From: Hydrolagus colliei
Lineage: Eukaryota
Assembly (NCBI GenBank): GCA_035084275.1
Contig: CM068756.1
Location: 1,116,001-1,180,000, forward strand
Reading direction: 5' to 3'
DNA: 64,000 bases
In this document: positions 37,601-50,448 of the stretch, one piece after another
Numbering within the stretch: the stretch's first letter is position 1
Layout: the number at the start of each line of letters is the position of its first letter
The notes under the pieces: generated by a model
Database searches by the model: none
Seen by the model: only the letters and a program-made list of their open reading frames with translations
What the model was told of the DNA's origin: nothing
Translations under genes and position numbers: made by a program

Positions 37601-39159
37601 ATACAGTCATGCTCAGCAGTCACACTGTTCTTCCTGAAAAACAGATGAATTTAAACCACTGACTGACTAATGCTATTCTCAACAAGCCATCACCAGTGGG
37701 TTAATATTTTCAGACATTAGTTCAAAGGGGTTCACTCTGGGATTTTAACATTTCTCTACGGTGTGAAACATGTCAGTGTAAAATCTTTATTCACTTCCTA
37801 AATACATGGTTATTGCTTCAGTACAAATTCATAAAGCAGTAGATAGTATTGATCAACTGTCACTGTAACACAGGCTGAAAACTTTAAATGTAAATATTGA
37901 TAGGGAAACCTACACTACTTTAAATCATTTTTAGAATCAGTTATGCCTTTAATGGAGTATATAACTAATTTTCCTTTTCCAGTTTGACATTTTATTTTTA
38001 GAATACAAAAATGAGCATGGCAGTTCTACTGGCTCAACAAACAAAAATCAATCACTTTTGTCTATTTCCACTTAAAGGAACTAGATTTTAACAATAAAAC
38101 ATATATTGCACTTGTAACCAAAATCATTTGGTTTTGAAAATGCTGTTACAACTGGTTACCATTTCAGATAAGTCAACCAGTTAATGAAATACCTGCCTAA
38201 ACAGCACCTAAAATGAAATTATAAGAGTATAAGAGTTAAAATAATATTTAAATTGGATGATAAAAGGAATCATCATTCAAGATATTTCAGAAGACCAATC
38301 TCTCTCTTTGACTACTGCCTACCGGTAAATACAAGCAATCCTAATGCTGATATCTCATCTGATAATCAAGAACAATACTGAGCTACCATTCTAATACTGA
38401 TGGGCAAATTGGCTTTCCTATTACAGTAGCTAAAGTTTATATTGTAGTTTAACTAACATTTTCAGATTTTCTCTCTTCAGATTGTATTGGTTGTTCACCA
38501 TTGCTTCAGAGTCGTAATCTGGGTATGATGGTAAATACATGTATCATAATGAATACAAGTTTAAATTTACCTACACAATGGAATCTACAAGTCCATTTGC
38601 TTGCCTTTGAAGAACATGCTCAAACCACATATACCAGTTTGCAGTTAGAACTGAGATTCAGAAATCAGTGTTGTGTAAGAAGGAAATCAAAATGACAAAG
38701 TATGGTCCCTGATAATTCGGTGCACATGTAGATCAATCAAAATACTTCCCTCACAGCAAAATCTTGATGACCTCACCCACCCCACCATGTCCAGCTCCAC
38801 AATAAAACCTGGCCTGCTTCACAAGAATCCAAGATGTTCTATTAAGGTTAAATTGGAATGTTTCTAAAAAAAACTGACGATATGGGTAGATGTTAGTTTT
38901 TATTAAGACCACAATAAAGAGGTTGTGTGTGTGGACTCACCTGTGTGTCTGTACAATATGGAGAAAATAAAAATTCAACATTTTGCTCTGAGGCCAAATG
39001 ATAACAACACACAGTACCTAGAGAAGCAGGTGTACAATGTACAAGTGTATCACTGCTGAGTTTTGCTTCATAATTGAGACTTGGAAATAGCCTTAAAATT
39101 AATTTGTTAAAGGAAGTTCAAGTCTGTAATACTAACAACCGAGTAGGTAACATTCAATT

Positions 39160-39635
39160 GCACAACATAAAACAAAATTACATTTATAGAGCGCTTTCAC
39201 GTCGGGCAAACATCCCAATGTGCTGAACAGTCGGGGATCGGGACCCGAGCTAGGGGAGGCAGATACATAGGAGGGCAACTGAGGGTATGATCGTAAAGGA
39301 GGGTCTCGAGAATAAAGCAAGGGAGGAAGTGAGGCGGAGTGACTGTGGAATCGAGTTCCTGAGTTTGGGGGCAGTGAGGCTGAAAGCCAGGCCACCAAAG
39401 GTAGGGCGGGTCAGGCAGGAGACATGGAGCAGACAGGAGACCGGTGAATGGAAGGAGTGGGCAGGTAGGTAGGGAGTCAGCAGGTCGGAGAGATGGGAGG
39501 GGGCAAGGCCATGGATGGCCTTGAAAGCGAAAACGATGATCTTGAATTCCATCTTCTGGCGGATGGCGCCAGGCGAGGGTGGGAGTGATGGGGTCGCGGA
39601 GTCTGGTGCATGAGCTGTAGAGTTTTGGATGATCT
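39160..39635 (-). mobile_element. L2 LINE 3' fragment
   Basis: EFKIIVFAFKAIHGLAPSHLSDLL...GGLAFSLTAPKLRNSIP, the L2 ORF2 C-terminus. Confidence 0.9.
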
Positions 39636-39972
39636 TATCAAATTAATCTGCTTACTTCTTTGCCAAAATTTACTTACTTACTTCTTTGTCTTGTATAATT
39701 TTAACTCCTGCTTTAAATGACATAAACTTCACAAACTTCCACTGTTCTAATGTTCTAGTTATTTGCTTTTCAACCAACTTAAATTATTTTTATTTTTTAA
39801 TGGTATTGATATAGTGTCTTTTACATCAGGAGAATGTCCCAAAGCACTGCAGTCAAGTTGTGGATTGGATTCGAGAAGAGTGAGGGTGGGAAAATTACTG
39901 AAGGCGTGGTCAAACAGAAGAATGAGGGAAGGGATGAGGTTAAGGGATGGAAGCGAGAAAATGATGGCAAGT

Positions 39973-40612
39973 ACAACAACAACAACAAGATTGCACTTGT
40001 ATAACGCATTTCACGTCTGGAGGACATCCCAAGGCACTGGAAAGTCATTGTTTTAGACCCAAGCTGAGGTCGGGGACGGGGGGGATTCGGGGTGACCAAT
40101 GGGACCGTCAAAGAGGATGGCTTTGAGGCGGTACTTGGAAGGAGGCTAGGGAGGAGGCGAGACGGAGGGACTGCGAGTTGGACTTCCACAGATTATGGGC
40201 AGTGTGGCTGAAGGCTTGTCCGCCAATGGTGAGGCGGATGGGGCCTTGGAGCAGACTGAGCGGAGGGCACGAGCAGGTTGGTAAGGGGTTAGGAGGTCGC
40301 AGAGGTAGGGTGGGGCAAGGCCATGGAGGGCTTTGAATGTGAGGACCAGGATCTTGAATTGAATTCTATAGGTGATGGGAGCCAATGTAGTTGAGCAAGG
40401 ATGCGAGAGATAAGGTCACAAAGCTTGTTGGGGTAGAAGACATGAGCCGCAAAGTTCTGGATTATCCGCAGCCTATCGAGGGAGGAATTGGGAAGGCCGA
40501 CAAGCAGGGCATTGGCATAGTTGAGCCTGGCCATGAAGAAGGCATGAATGAGGGTTTCAGCGGCCTGACGGATGAGGTAGTGGCGGAGTCGGGCAATATT
40601 GAGGAGGCCTAT
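39973..40612 (-). mobile_element. L2 LINE 3' fragment
   Basis: ARLNYANALLVGLP...IIQNFAA...LHWLP and RIQFKILVLTFKALHGLAPPYL, plus a (TTG)n tail. Confidence 0.9.
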
Positions 40613-41549
40613 CACAAGCCTTCGATAAAACTGATACGTAAACCTATTTAATAAATAAAGCAATGTTTTAAAAAGTTTGCTTTGCGCTGATTGCAGTTAA
40701 ATTGTAGCCAAGCTTTGCAAGACTATTTCCTCCAGTCGTTTTGAGAGTGATAGAAATTTTGGCAAGCTGTGATGTAGAATGTCTATATAGCGTACAGCAG
40801 CAATAATTGAATTCTGATGCTCAGCTTACTCTTAGCAGCACGCAGCAGAGAACTAACGATGAACCTTCTTAAACAGAACCAAAAAGCTTTTCCATGTTAA
40901 AACACTAATGCACTTGACAGTATTGATTAAAATGTCACTTTTATTACCGTACAATAATGTTCAATAGTTTTCACTAACCTATCAATGTAATAAACTTGAT
41001 TTTCCAATACCTGAAACTATATTTCTAATGTGAATTTGTGTTTTAAAAAAAAGTAAATCAACATTAATTTACCTTTGCTGCAGGACCTCTAACTTTAATT
41101 GCTTTTTATATAATTTACAGAATTATTAAATTTAGGTGTTCAAGCTGATGTAATATATACACAAGTGGAAAGAGGATAAGTTATGCAGTCAGCTTTATAC
41201 ACTCGACAAGTGAAGGAAAGGGCAATTAAGTAGTTTAAACACTGGATACTGAATGGCACAGTGATTTTTAATACTGTCCTTTCACCTCTGGGACTCAAGC
41301 TCATTGGTTAAGTCTCCTCAATGTGCTGGCTATAAAAGTCAAACGTGTGCGTGTATGGCGAAACACAAATTACACTCTCACTCAGAGAGCATGTCTGTCA
41401 CATAAATTCTCATAAATTCTGTAGGTATTTTGATCTTTATACATTGGAACTAAAGAACATTATTTGGGTAGAGTACACACCTAGAGTACACACCTACAAT
41501 CTGCATTATCTGACCTGGGATTTCTTGATAGAAATATCAAAGTCCCAGT

Positions 41550-41910
41550 TGATAGCTTTCTCACCTTTATGTCAGAAGGTTAAGGATTCAAGCCCCTACA
41601 TTGAGACTTTGAATTCTTGTAGTCTCAAATGACACTCCAATGCAGCCCTGGGAATGTGCTGTGCTGTGGTGCCTTTCTCCTGCTTTCTCACATGGATTTT
41701 AAAGTTCCCATGACTATCCAAATAAAGGAGGGTGTCATGGCCAATAATCCCCCAAATAAAAATTGGACATCTACTTCATAGCTGTTTATGTGACATGTTG
41801 ACAGATTTTGCTTGCAAAATACAGTGACCAAACCTTACAGTGAATCCTGTGAAGCACTTTGAGATGTCCTCCTGACATGCTATATTGAATTCAAGATTCA
41901 AATTATTGTG
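41550..41910 (+). mobile_element. Old DeuSINE-like element
   Basis: tRNA-like head (TCAGAAGGTTAAGGATTCAAGCCC), GGATTTTAAAGTTCCCATGAC core, GTGAAGCACTTTGAGATGTC tail. Confidence 0.55.
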
Positions 41911-42292
41911 TATTTGAAACAGGAAAATATATATTCCCCACACAAACATGCCTTCTCTAGGTGATTGGTACAAAACTTCACCTGAATGACCTTCCCATTC
42001 TCCTCCCAATAGGAGATCATGTTAAATACTCTTTCAATGGCTGAGCAAAGTTTATTATGTAAAGAGGGATTGGTACAAGAAAATAGATGGGAAGAGTAAA
42101 ACTAATCCTACTTTAGCCATTTCAAAAAGTGTATTACAGTAAATATCATTATTCTAATAGAATCCATTTACCCAATATGAGATTTTTATATTTTGGTTAA
42201 TACCACAATTAAGCAATTAATAAACATCACTAAAAAATATATTTTCTGGATAAATGTTTTCCAATTCAATACATCTAGTAAATGAAACAAAC

Positions 42293-42447
42293 CTTAAGAG
42301 TTTCTTCTGTTCCATCATCTGTAGCTTCTAATCGCTGCAGTCGTTCTTGATGTAGTGCTCGGAACTCACCAAGTAGTTTCTGTACATCACGCCGAGGGAC
42401 AATTACATCTTCATGACTCCTTATTCCAGCCCCTCCACCACGACTTC
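42293..42447 (-). CDS. Coding exon 2 (GSRGGGAGIRSHEDVIVPRRDVQKLLGEFRALHQERLQRLEATDDGTEETLK)
   Basis: Acceptor TATTTTTCAG|GA and donor AAG|GTTTGT. 155 nt, phase 1 to 0, stop-free, with an amphipathic helical pattern. Not in the ORF track. Confidence 0.85.
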
Positions 42448-44021
42448 CTGAAAAATATGAATGAAAGTTATAAATAAATTAGTACTTGTTCCTACATACT
42501 AAAAGGATGTGAGTAAAACACATTTTAATTTTGATGAAGCTGGAATACTGTACTTAGATGCAATTTGAAAGCATGCTACTCCATATAAGAAAAAGCATCC
42601 AGGTTTCTTGCCAAGCAAATTCATCTCAATGGTGTCAGCCACTTAATTTGAATTAAGATGCAACCAGGCCTTCTCGCTGTGGGTAACAAATTATCATTTC
42701 TCTTTCTATCTCCTATAGTTACCAACGTGTGGCTCAACGGGTTCTCCTGGAGTTGATTCATTCGTTATGTGTCTGTGTCAATCTATGCAGCAAATATACA
42801 CATTCTATGCAGCACGTGAAGAATTACAGCTGTAGAAATTTAGCTGCTTCATAGATCTGCAAATTTCACATTATTTAGAGGAGGGATATGGAAAGAAAAG
42901 CAGGGTAAGGATCCGGTATGCTGGTTATCGCAGCTCAGAAGACAATTATACTGATTTTGCAGATTGAACCCTGGAACCTTCTAAGTCAACATGACTCAAT
43001 TCCAATGCTGCACAGAGCCAATGATCAGGGTCATTTGGAAAATCCATGAAAAAAAAACTAATTCCATCATCATTTTTCCTTGCCCTTATGAATTTGCCTC
43101 TAGTTGACACTACCTTACCCAAACGGCAAACTCAAGATCAAGAAACTTGATGGAAATATAGTGGCCACACATTCATACATTCCACTACTTTTCAAATGAC
43201 TAGAGAACCAATTAAAATTTCAACCTTAATTATTTATTACCTGTTATCATCATAATACTAGTAGCAATAAATATATTTCTCATTTATTATTCATACATTT
43301 ATTATTCTCTGAAATAGATTGATGGGTTTAAAGTGCTGTGTACAGGTGTAATTTTGCCGTTGTTGTTTACCACTCCCACTATTACAATGTTGCACATTTA
43401 GAGCAAAGTAACCAGTAACTTAAAGGAATTGTACTATTGAACCTACACATACCTGGTAAATTACAGATGAGATATATTCACAAATGTGACAATATGCTGC
43501 TAGAAAAACATTGAATTTCAAGAAACAGTACAGTACTAACAATTTTGAACACTCAACTTCGCAGTCAAACAGTGGAAACAGACAACGGCAACACATCTCT
43601 GACAAATGTGTCCAATGGGATGGCGGAAGAGAGGCAGTTGTTTGTTTTAAAAAAGAAACATCCTTTCAAAACAAAAGAAACTTGCCAATTTCTAACAATA
43701 ATAATAATACTACTCTTTGCATCTGAGTGAGACATCACTCTGTCACGGGCGTCACAGGAGTTTCTGCAAAGTTTATCATCGAACTACATCACTGACTGTA
43801 TTTGTTGGCAAAAACAGCAGCAAATTTCCCATAAAACAGCCGTTTAGATGGCTTATTTTATCGGGGGACAGGGGGGTAGGGGTGGGGTGGTTGTTGAAGT
43901 CTCCCCTCTCTTTTCAAGCCTTGAGATCTTTTAATGACTACCTGAACTGGACCTGGGTTTCCACGCCTCACCCAAAGTGATTGATGGATTAATCCAAATA
44001 CACCCAACCTTAACGTACAGT

Positions 44022-44325
44022 TTCACTCACATAATATACAGTCAATTCACTTTACAGTGAACAAAACACAAAATACTGAAGATGCTGGAAGTCTGAAACA
44101 AAAACAGAAGTCACTGGGAACTATTCAGCAGGTCAGGCAGCGTCTACAGAGTAAGGAAAGTCAATCAACGTGTCGGGTCCACGCCCCTCTCTCTCTCTCT
44201 CTCTCTCTGTCTGTCAGAACTTTACAGTACTTCACGGTTTAGTCGAGGAAGCGCTCTGAGACGTCTTGAAGACGGGAGAACGTGCTCTCTCCAACCGCAA
44301 GAGTTGTCATTTTTTTTATTATCGT
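44022..44325 (+). mobile_element. SINE 3' part interrupted by a Penelope-type terminal fragment (44059-44218)
   Basis: The insert is flanked by a 10-bp duplication ACTTTACAGT (44049-44058 and 44219-44228). It reads GATGCTGGAAGTCTGAAACAAAAACAGAA...CAGCAGGTCAGGCAGC, like chondrichthyan Penelope-type ends. Confidence 0.6.
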
Positions 44326-44394
44326 CCAGCATTCCAACGCTCTCTCCACCGTTTCCCACTCACTCCCTCTCTCCCACGATCATCGTCATCGTCA

Positions 44395-44730
44395 TCAGGG
44401 CAAGTTTCCTGACTCTGCCTGACAATAATCGCTCAAAAAGAACGCGCGCGCACACACACACACACAGTAGAAAAAAAAATTGGTCATGTTTCAATCCACG
44501 ACTGTTGGCGTGGTGGGGGGGGGGGGGGGGGGGCTCACTGCCACGAGCCATCGGCTGGCTGCCCTGATCCGCCCACAAGACGCCCGCAGTCGATTCCCTT
44601 CACGGCGTGTTCCGTGAAGCGCTTCGAGGCGGGGGTCTCGGGAGACGCGACAAGGGGCTACATCAAAATGCAAAGGCGAGGAGGATGAGTACTGTTATTT
44701 ATTCGTCTCATCATCATCATCGTCATCATC
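44395..44730 (+). mobile_element. GC-shifted SINE copy inside the CpG island
   Basis: Colinear with sister SINEs (GGGCAAGTTTCC...TTGGTCAT...GCCCACAA...GTGAAGCGCTT...) but with many A/T to G/C changes. Confidence 0.7.
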
Positions 44731-44797
44731 GATGGTACTGAAGAATTTAGTTACTGTTGTGTAATAAGGTCTCACTCTGGGCCCAGGGCTCACTCAC

Positions 44798-44885
44798 CTC
44801 TGCTGCTGGTCTCTGCAGTGGGCGAGACATCTCTGGCCCCGAGGCCTAGGAAAGATCTCGACCACTGCTCCTCCATCCCATCCAT
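44798..44885 (-). CDS. Coding exon 1 of a multi-exon coiled-coil protein gene (MDGMEEQWSRSFLGLGARDVSPTAETSSR-G)
   Basis: ATG at 44885 (alternative ATG at 44876) inside the CpG island. Consensus donor G|GTGAGT at 44797. The phase-1 end joins in frame to the exon at 42447 (G+GA = Gly). Confidence 0.75.
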
Positions 44886-45612
44886 CACCCACCCCCACCA
44901 CCATCCACCACCCCGGTGTGTGTGTGTGTGTGGGGGGGGGGGGGGAGAGGAGAGAGAGATGGGTGGAGGAGGGGGGCAGAGAGAGAGAGAGAGAAAAACC
45001 TGGGTACTTTGTGTGTGGGGGTGGGGTCTGTGTGAGTGTATGTGGGGAGAGAGTGGGGAGGTGAGGGGGTGGGGGGGGGGTAGAGCGAGGAGGAGGAGGA
45101 AAAGACCGTTAAGTCGGTTGAAATTTAAATATTTAAAACCCGGTGGTGGGGGGGGGGGGGGGGGGCGCGCGCGACAGATAAGAGAGACAGACAGCCTCAG
45201 AAACTGAGTAAAGTGAGGAGAGTAAAGAGGAAGGTAGGTGGGTGGGTGGGGAGTATGTATGAGAGGTGGGAGGATATAGCTAGAGACACACACAGAGAGA
45301 GAGAGAGAGAGGACACACACAGACACAGAGAGAGAGTGGCGGCTTCCAACCGACATTTGTGTTTGCCACCGCAACCTGTGGACGCCGTGCGCCGCCTCAC
45401 CATTGGCTGCGCACATCTCCACTGCGCCTGCGCCGGCCGGTAGCCCCCAAAAGTAGCCCAACGTTAAAAAAAACACACAGTTAAAAAAAAACACACAGAA
45501 GTGGAACTGTTTATATTCAGTTTTTTTTAATTAATAACGATCATGAGAACAATCCTCGCTTTTCGCGTCTTCGAGGTCGTCCTCGAAAGCGCTTCGGGGC
45601 GGAATATATACC

Positions 45613-46002
45613 GTGGCTCTAGTGGGTTTAGGGCGCTCGTCTCGCGAGTTGGCGGGGGGGTGAGGGGGTGGGGGGGGTGGGAGAAAACCCGTCTGTGTTC
45701 GATACCCAGGGCGAGGTCATCAGGGCGAAACCTTGGGCAAGTTGCCTCACTCCGCACGCCCGACGACGATCCGTCCGAACAGAAAACCCGCAGGAATAAA
45801 AATTGGGTCATTCTCGACCCCGCGAGTGTTTGTGGGAATACGCAACCGGCTGCCGCGATTCGCCCACAAATACATATATATGTATGTATATCTACAGTCG
45901 ATTCACTTTACAGTATATTCCGTGAAGCGCTTTGGGACGTTGATAAGATGTGGAAAGCGCTACATCAAATGCAAGGATTATTATTATTATTGTTATTATT
46001 AT
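45613..46002 (+). mobile_element. Full-length CpG-rich SINE copy upstream of the promoter
   Basis: Head GTGGCTCTAGTGGGTTTAGGGCGCTCG, B-box-like GTTCGATACC, core TTTGTGGG...GGCTGCCGCG and a (TAT)n tail. Confidence 0.8.
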
Positions 46003-46702
46003 CTTCTCAAAATTCAACTGTGAGATAACTCATAAAATAAGAGTTGCAGTAGGAACTGCAAAAAAAAATCATGACGCAAATAACACGATTGGTTTAGCTT
46101 CGGTGACTATTAAATTCTCAAATAAACAGTCCACCAACTTAATAATAGTTGGATAGGACCAAAGGAAGTACATAATTACCCCCACAACGACATACAGAAC
46201 ACCGAATATAGTACTTGTACTTTACCATTGATATTTCACAGACCTATTTCAATCCATCTTTTGTGCAGGCCCTTCAGTTTAGCTCAGTTTTCACTGATAC
46301 TTCTTCCTTCTACTATAAATTGCAAGTAAATTATGCCCATCAACAGCTCTCTTCCAAAAAGTACCTTTTCGCATCTCAACTAGTTAAACTCCAGGAAATC
46401 TCTTGTTTTCCTCGTTTTAAAGGCATATTTGCAGTTCACTGATGGTCTATAGAATCCATATTTATGTACCTCTGAGGCAACTACTGTACTTACTTTCAAA
46501 ACATTTTGTTAAAAAATTAGAAAAACAATTAATATGTAATACTGTACTGGATTCTGACTTTCATAAATGATAAAAAAATATGTTTTTCTTATTGAGGCAT
46601 TTTTGTTTTATCTTCTTGAATATTTTTCCTGTGATGACCTACACAGGAAGTGTGCTCGATTTTCTCAACACAAATCATGCTGGAGCTTCACATTTATTTG
46701 AA

Positions 46703-46925
46703 CCAACATCAACAACAACAAAGTTACATTTGTGTTAGCGCGTTTCACTTCAGAAGGAAGTCCCAAGGTGTTCCACAGTGTTTCAGACCCGAACTGGGGG
46801 GTTGTGATCAGGGAGGGTGGACGACAGGGGTGAAGGAGAGTGACTAAAGGCACGGTTGGAAGAGAAGGGGCTTGAAGGAGGCATGTGTAGGGGTGCAGAG
46901 TGGCTGAAGGCCTGGCCACCAAATG
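46703..46925 (-). mobile_element. L2 LINE 3' fragment
   Basis: (AAC)n tail and GTGGCTGAAGGCCTGGCCACC. Confidence 0.75.
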
Positions 46926-48385
46926 GTTCCTAAACCAGTGCCCAAGCCATCAAACAGTTTGTTTTGAGTGCAAGGTTGCTTTTGTGTTACTCAAAAATAA
47001 GTAAAATTCTATATTATTAAATGGGAATGAGGAAGAAAAAAAAGACTTGTTTTAACAAGTACCTCTGTTTTAACAGATAATTCAAACTGGATGGTACATG
47101 AATCTTCTCTTTCTATAATGGCATTTTATTAGTTAAATATTCAAATGAATGCATGTTGGAAATCAGTTAACAAACAATAATTTGATTTAATCTTGATATT
47201 GTTTTGCATCACTACAGGATTATTATATAAATTCAACAATGTTCTTCAACTATATGAAGAAAAGTTGACAGGAAAATTGATAGTTTATCACATTCTAACT
47301 TAAATTAGTAAGTTGATATGTTTTACTGCTCATTATTTGACAACCCATTGAAACACATATATTAGATAACAACAATGAAAAAAAACTTCTTTGAAGATAG
47401 TAATGTTACCTTTAAACACTTCTCTGAAAACCTGATGAGTCATATACTTCAGATCAGCTAACTATAAGGTGAAGTCAGGTAAGTGAACATCATAAGTTAT
47501 TTAGACTGAGCAACAACATTTAATAAAAGGTTGGCACCCTTCCAAGTGTAGAAGCCTAGAAGGAATGCAGATTTTTACCGCTATGTTTTTTTAGTCAGTC
47601 TAATCTTCTCCTTTAGCAAGAAGATAAACAGGAATTTGAGAAAGTAGAGACACACTTCACAGATGCTGGTAATATAATATGGAACAATCTTGATTTCCCC
47701 TTTCTCCAGTGCTTCTATTAATCTTTGTGCAATTTTATTATTAACAGAGAATTCCAACCATGGCAAAAGGTCGTGTTTTTTTCCTCCCAATTTGATGCTA
47801 ATTGTTGCAGTGTTGTTCTGTGCAAATCTAGCAGCTAATGCATGAATACATTCCAGAAACAAATAAAATTTAAATTAGCTCCATCTGAACATTCCAGTGA
47901 AAACGTTGGAAGATCCCAAACCGCAAGAATATTCTAGGACAGGAGCATGGGGCCAATGGGAAAAAAAATAGCATTTTACAGTCAGTCGCATCATAAAAAT
48001 CCCTTTTGAAAGTCAAACCCACTGTAGATAAGTATGATTAAATGTAACCGTTTTCTTTGTGCCCTCTTTTAGTTATACTCCCATGATGGTTCAGTTGATA
48101 AAGTCACTGCTCTAAGTGAAATAGCTATACAGATCTAAAAAAAACAAGATTCAATTACTGAGTTGTTCTGAATCAGCTATTATAGCTGACTTCAGTCAGG
48201 TAAGAGTAAAGGTGTTACAGTTGATATCAGAGCACCCTGTTTGTGAAAAAGACAATAAGTCGGTGTTCTTGTTTTGAGTTACTCTTCCCGGAATATCTAA
48301 ATAAAGTAATTTATTGGTATTTAAACTTTAAAGATTAACAATACCAATTTACAGTATAGTATTTATAAAGCAAGAATACTACTCA

Positions 48386-48679
48386 TAATAATCCTTGCAT
48401 TTGATATAGTGCTTTTTGCGTCTTCTAGACGTCTCAAAGCGTTTCACAGAATATACTGTAAAGTGATTTGACTGAATACTTTGTTGGTGAAACGCGGCAG
48501 CCAATTGCACACAGCAGTGTCCCACAGATGGTTGTGGATTGAGATAACCAATTTATTATTTGTTTTTCTTTTGAGGGATTATTATCAGGTGCATGGAGTA
48601 AGGAAACTTGCCCAAGGTTTTGCCCTGCCTGGAATTGAATCCGGGTCTCTCATTTGCAAGGCGAGTGCACTGAGCTACA
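48386..48679 (-). mobile_element. Full-length tRNA/Deu SINE
   Basis: Colinear with 4243-4533, including the head TTGCAAGGCGAGTGCACTGAGCTACA. Confidence 0.85.
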
Positions 48680-49079
48680 AGACTCTTAAGTTGAAAGAAG
48701 TTGAAAGCAAATTCACTGTACTACATACAATCAGTCAGGTTATGCTTTGTTTGACTTTTTCCACAGCCGGAGGATTTTCATCCAGAATCTTGTACCCATC
48801 TTCACCTTCCCAGTGCTGATTCTCTGCAATAAACATTACACAATCTCTATCTTATTTACAGATTGTACAGCAGGATTACCAGGGGGAGTCATCCAGGCCA
48901 GGACAACCTTCCAGAGAAGTAAAAAAAACACAGAATGAAAAAGTCCATCGACATTCTTTCAACGCATATTCTATGAGGGAATGTCTAATTAATTCCCCCA
49001 AGTGCAAGACCTAGGTATGTTTAAGCTACAGTGATGGATACATTCTTCTGCAAGTTCCTGGTTCTCCAAATAAATAAAA

Positions 49080-49440
49080 TAATAATTTCGGGCGAATGAC
49101 ACAAAGCACTTCATGGGATTTACTTTAAAATGTAGTGCCTGGGTACTTTGTACGTAAAACACAGCGGTCAATTTGTCAACACCAACGCCTCACAAGCAGC
49201 CGTGAAGTGAATGACCAATTTTGTCTGGGGTTTGTTGGCCCGGACGCCTCTTTTCAACCATGGAATCTTTAACATCCACCCAAACAGGCATAAATTAGAC
49301 CTTAGTTCAAGGTCTCATCTGAAGAATGGAACATCAGACAATGCAACATTCCCCACACACTGTATTGGATGGTTTAGCTTTGGACTGCAAAATTGAAAGT
49401 CCCAACGTGGGCTTGAACCTACAACCCACACAGAGGCAGG
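49080..49440 (-). mobile_element. Old DeuSINE-like element
   Basis: CCATGGAATCTTTAACATCCACC core and GGGCTTGAACCTACAACC B-box region. Confidence 0.65.
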
Positions 49441-50305
49441 AGTCTGTATCAGGCCATCACCTAAGGATGAACTATATTTGTTGTATTTTGTTATGGGAGA
49501 GCTGTGAATATTGGACAGCTTAAGAACAGTGGGTTATCAGAGCCCCATCTTGGATGTGCTTTTCAGTGAAACTCTGTTCACAATTGTTTCAAGGACCTTC
49601 AATTGATCCCTTTCTATCTTTCTAACTCAATCTCAGAAATCCATTGCTCTCTGTGTAATTTAATATACAGTGGAGGCTACTTATTGTTAATGTATAAGTA
49701 GCATAATTTACTTATTACATAATTTTTAAACATCAAATGCAGCACAATAGGCCAGCAAAGTAATACCACAGGGCTATCTTCCTAATGCTCTTTCAGGCAT
49801 GCTGCATTCTATCCCCAGGCCACCGCACCTATCATTTCATTGCTTTGATCTCCAACCTTTACATGTGTCCTCACTCTTCAATGATTGACAGACAAAGAGT
49901 AGCACTTGACTGTTTCTTCCGATATCCCTAACCTCTTCCTCTACCTTCACGGAACCAGTCAATATTTCTCAGGCAAAAAAATGTTTTAACAATTTCAGAG
50001 TTTGAAAAATCATGCTGATACATCTAATACCACACGAGGCACCATATATTGATCTAACCAAATAAAAACACACTTGACTTTATGGTTGATAGGTTTCACA
50101 GCAGGTTCTTTAATCGCAAATAGGGGCGCATTGGAACACAGATGATATTTGGTTTGCCTTGCAATTAAAAAGTTCTATTATCTAGTCCATTTATTATCCT
50201 ACCTTATCTAGATGAACTTTTTCACTGGAGCAATTTTATGTTCATTTGAAGTAATTATACTCATGGTGAGATCCTTTTGCTGGTGCCAGGATGGGTCACT
50301 TCCTT

Positions 50306-50448
50306 CAACAACAACAACTTCTATTTATATAGTGCCCTCCACGCCAGACGGCGTCTCAGAGCGCTTCATGAGAAGAGGGAGAAATCCTTCAAACGCTCTG
50401 GGACGTTACTCTGTGCGAAGGGTACTATATGAATACAAGTTGTTGTTG
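50306..50448. repeat. Inverted pair of L2-type 3' tails
   Basis: Left arm CAACAACAACTTCTATTTATATAGTGCCCT versus the reverse complement of the right arm, CAACAACAACTTGTATTCATATAGTACCCT. Confidence 0.8.

Larger units (their letters stand above)
44300..46000 (-). promoter_or_regulatory. CpG-island promoter of the coiled-coil gene
   Basis: GC/CpG-rich island in an AT-rich background, overlapping exon 1. NRF1-type GCGCCTGCGC at 45424-45433, CCAAT (minus strand) at 45402-45406, plus G-tracts and (GA)n/(GT)n microsatellites. Confidence 0.75.

Noticed and set aside
44790-45494. 234-aa minus-strand ORF and overlapping low-complexity ORFs
   Set aside because: These are mostly translated microsatellites and C/G tracts of the CpG island. 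Only the last ~29 codons have splice support.
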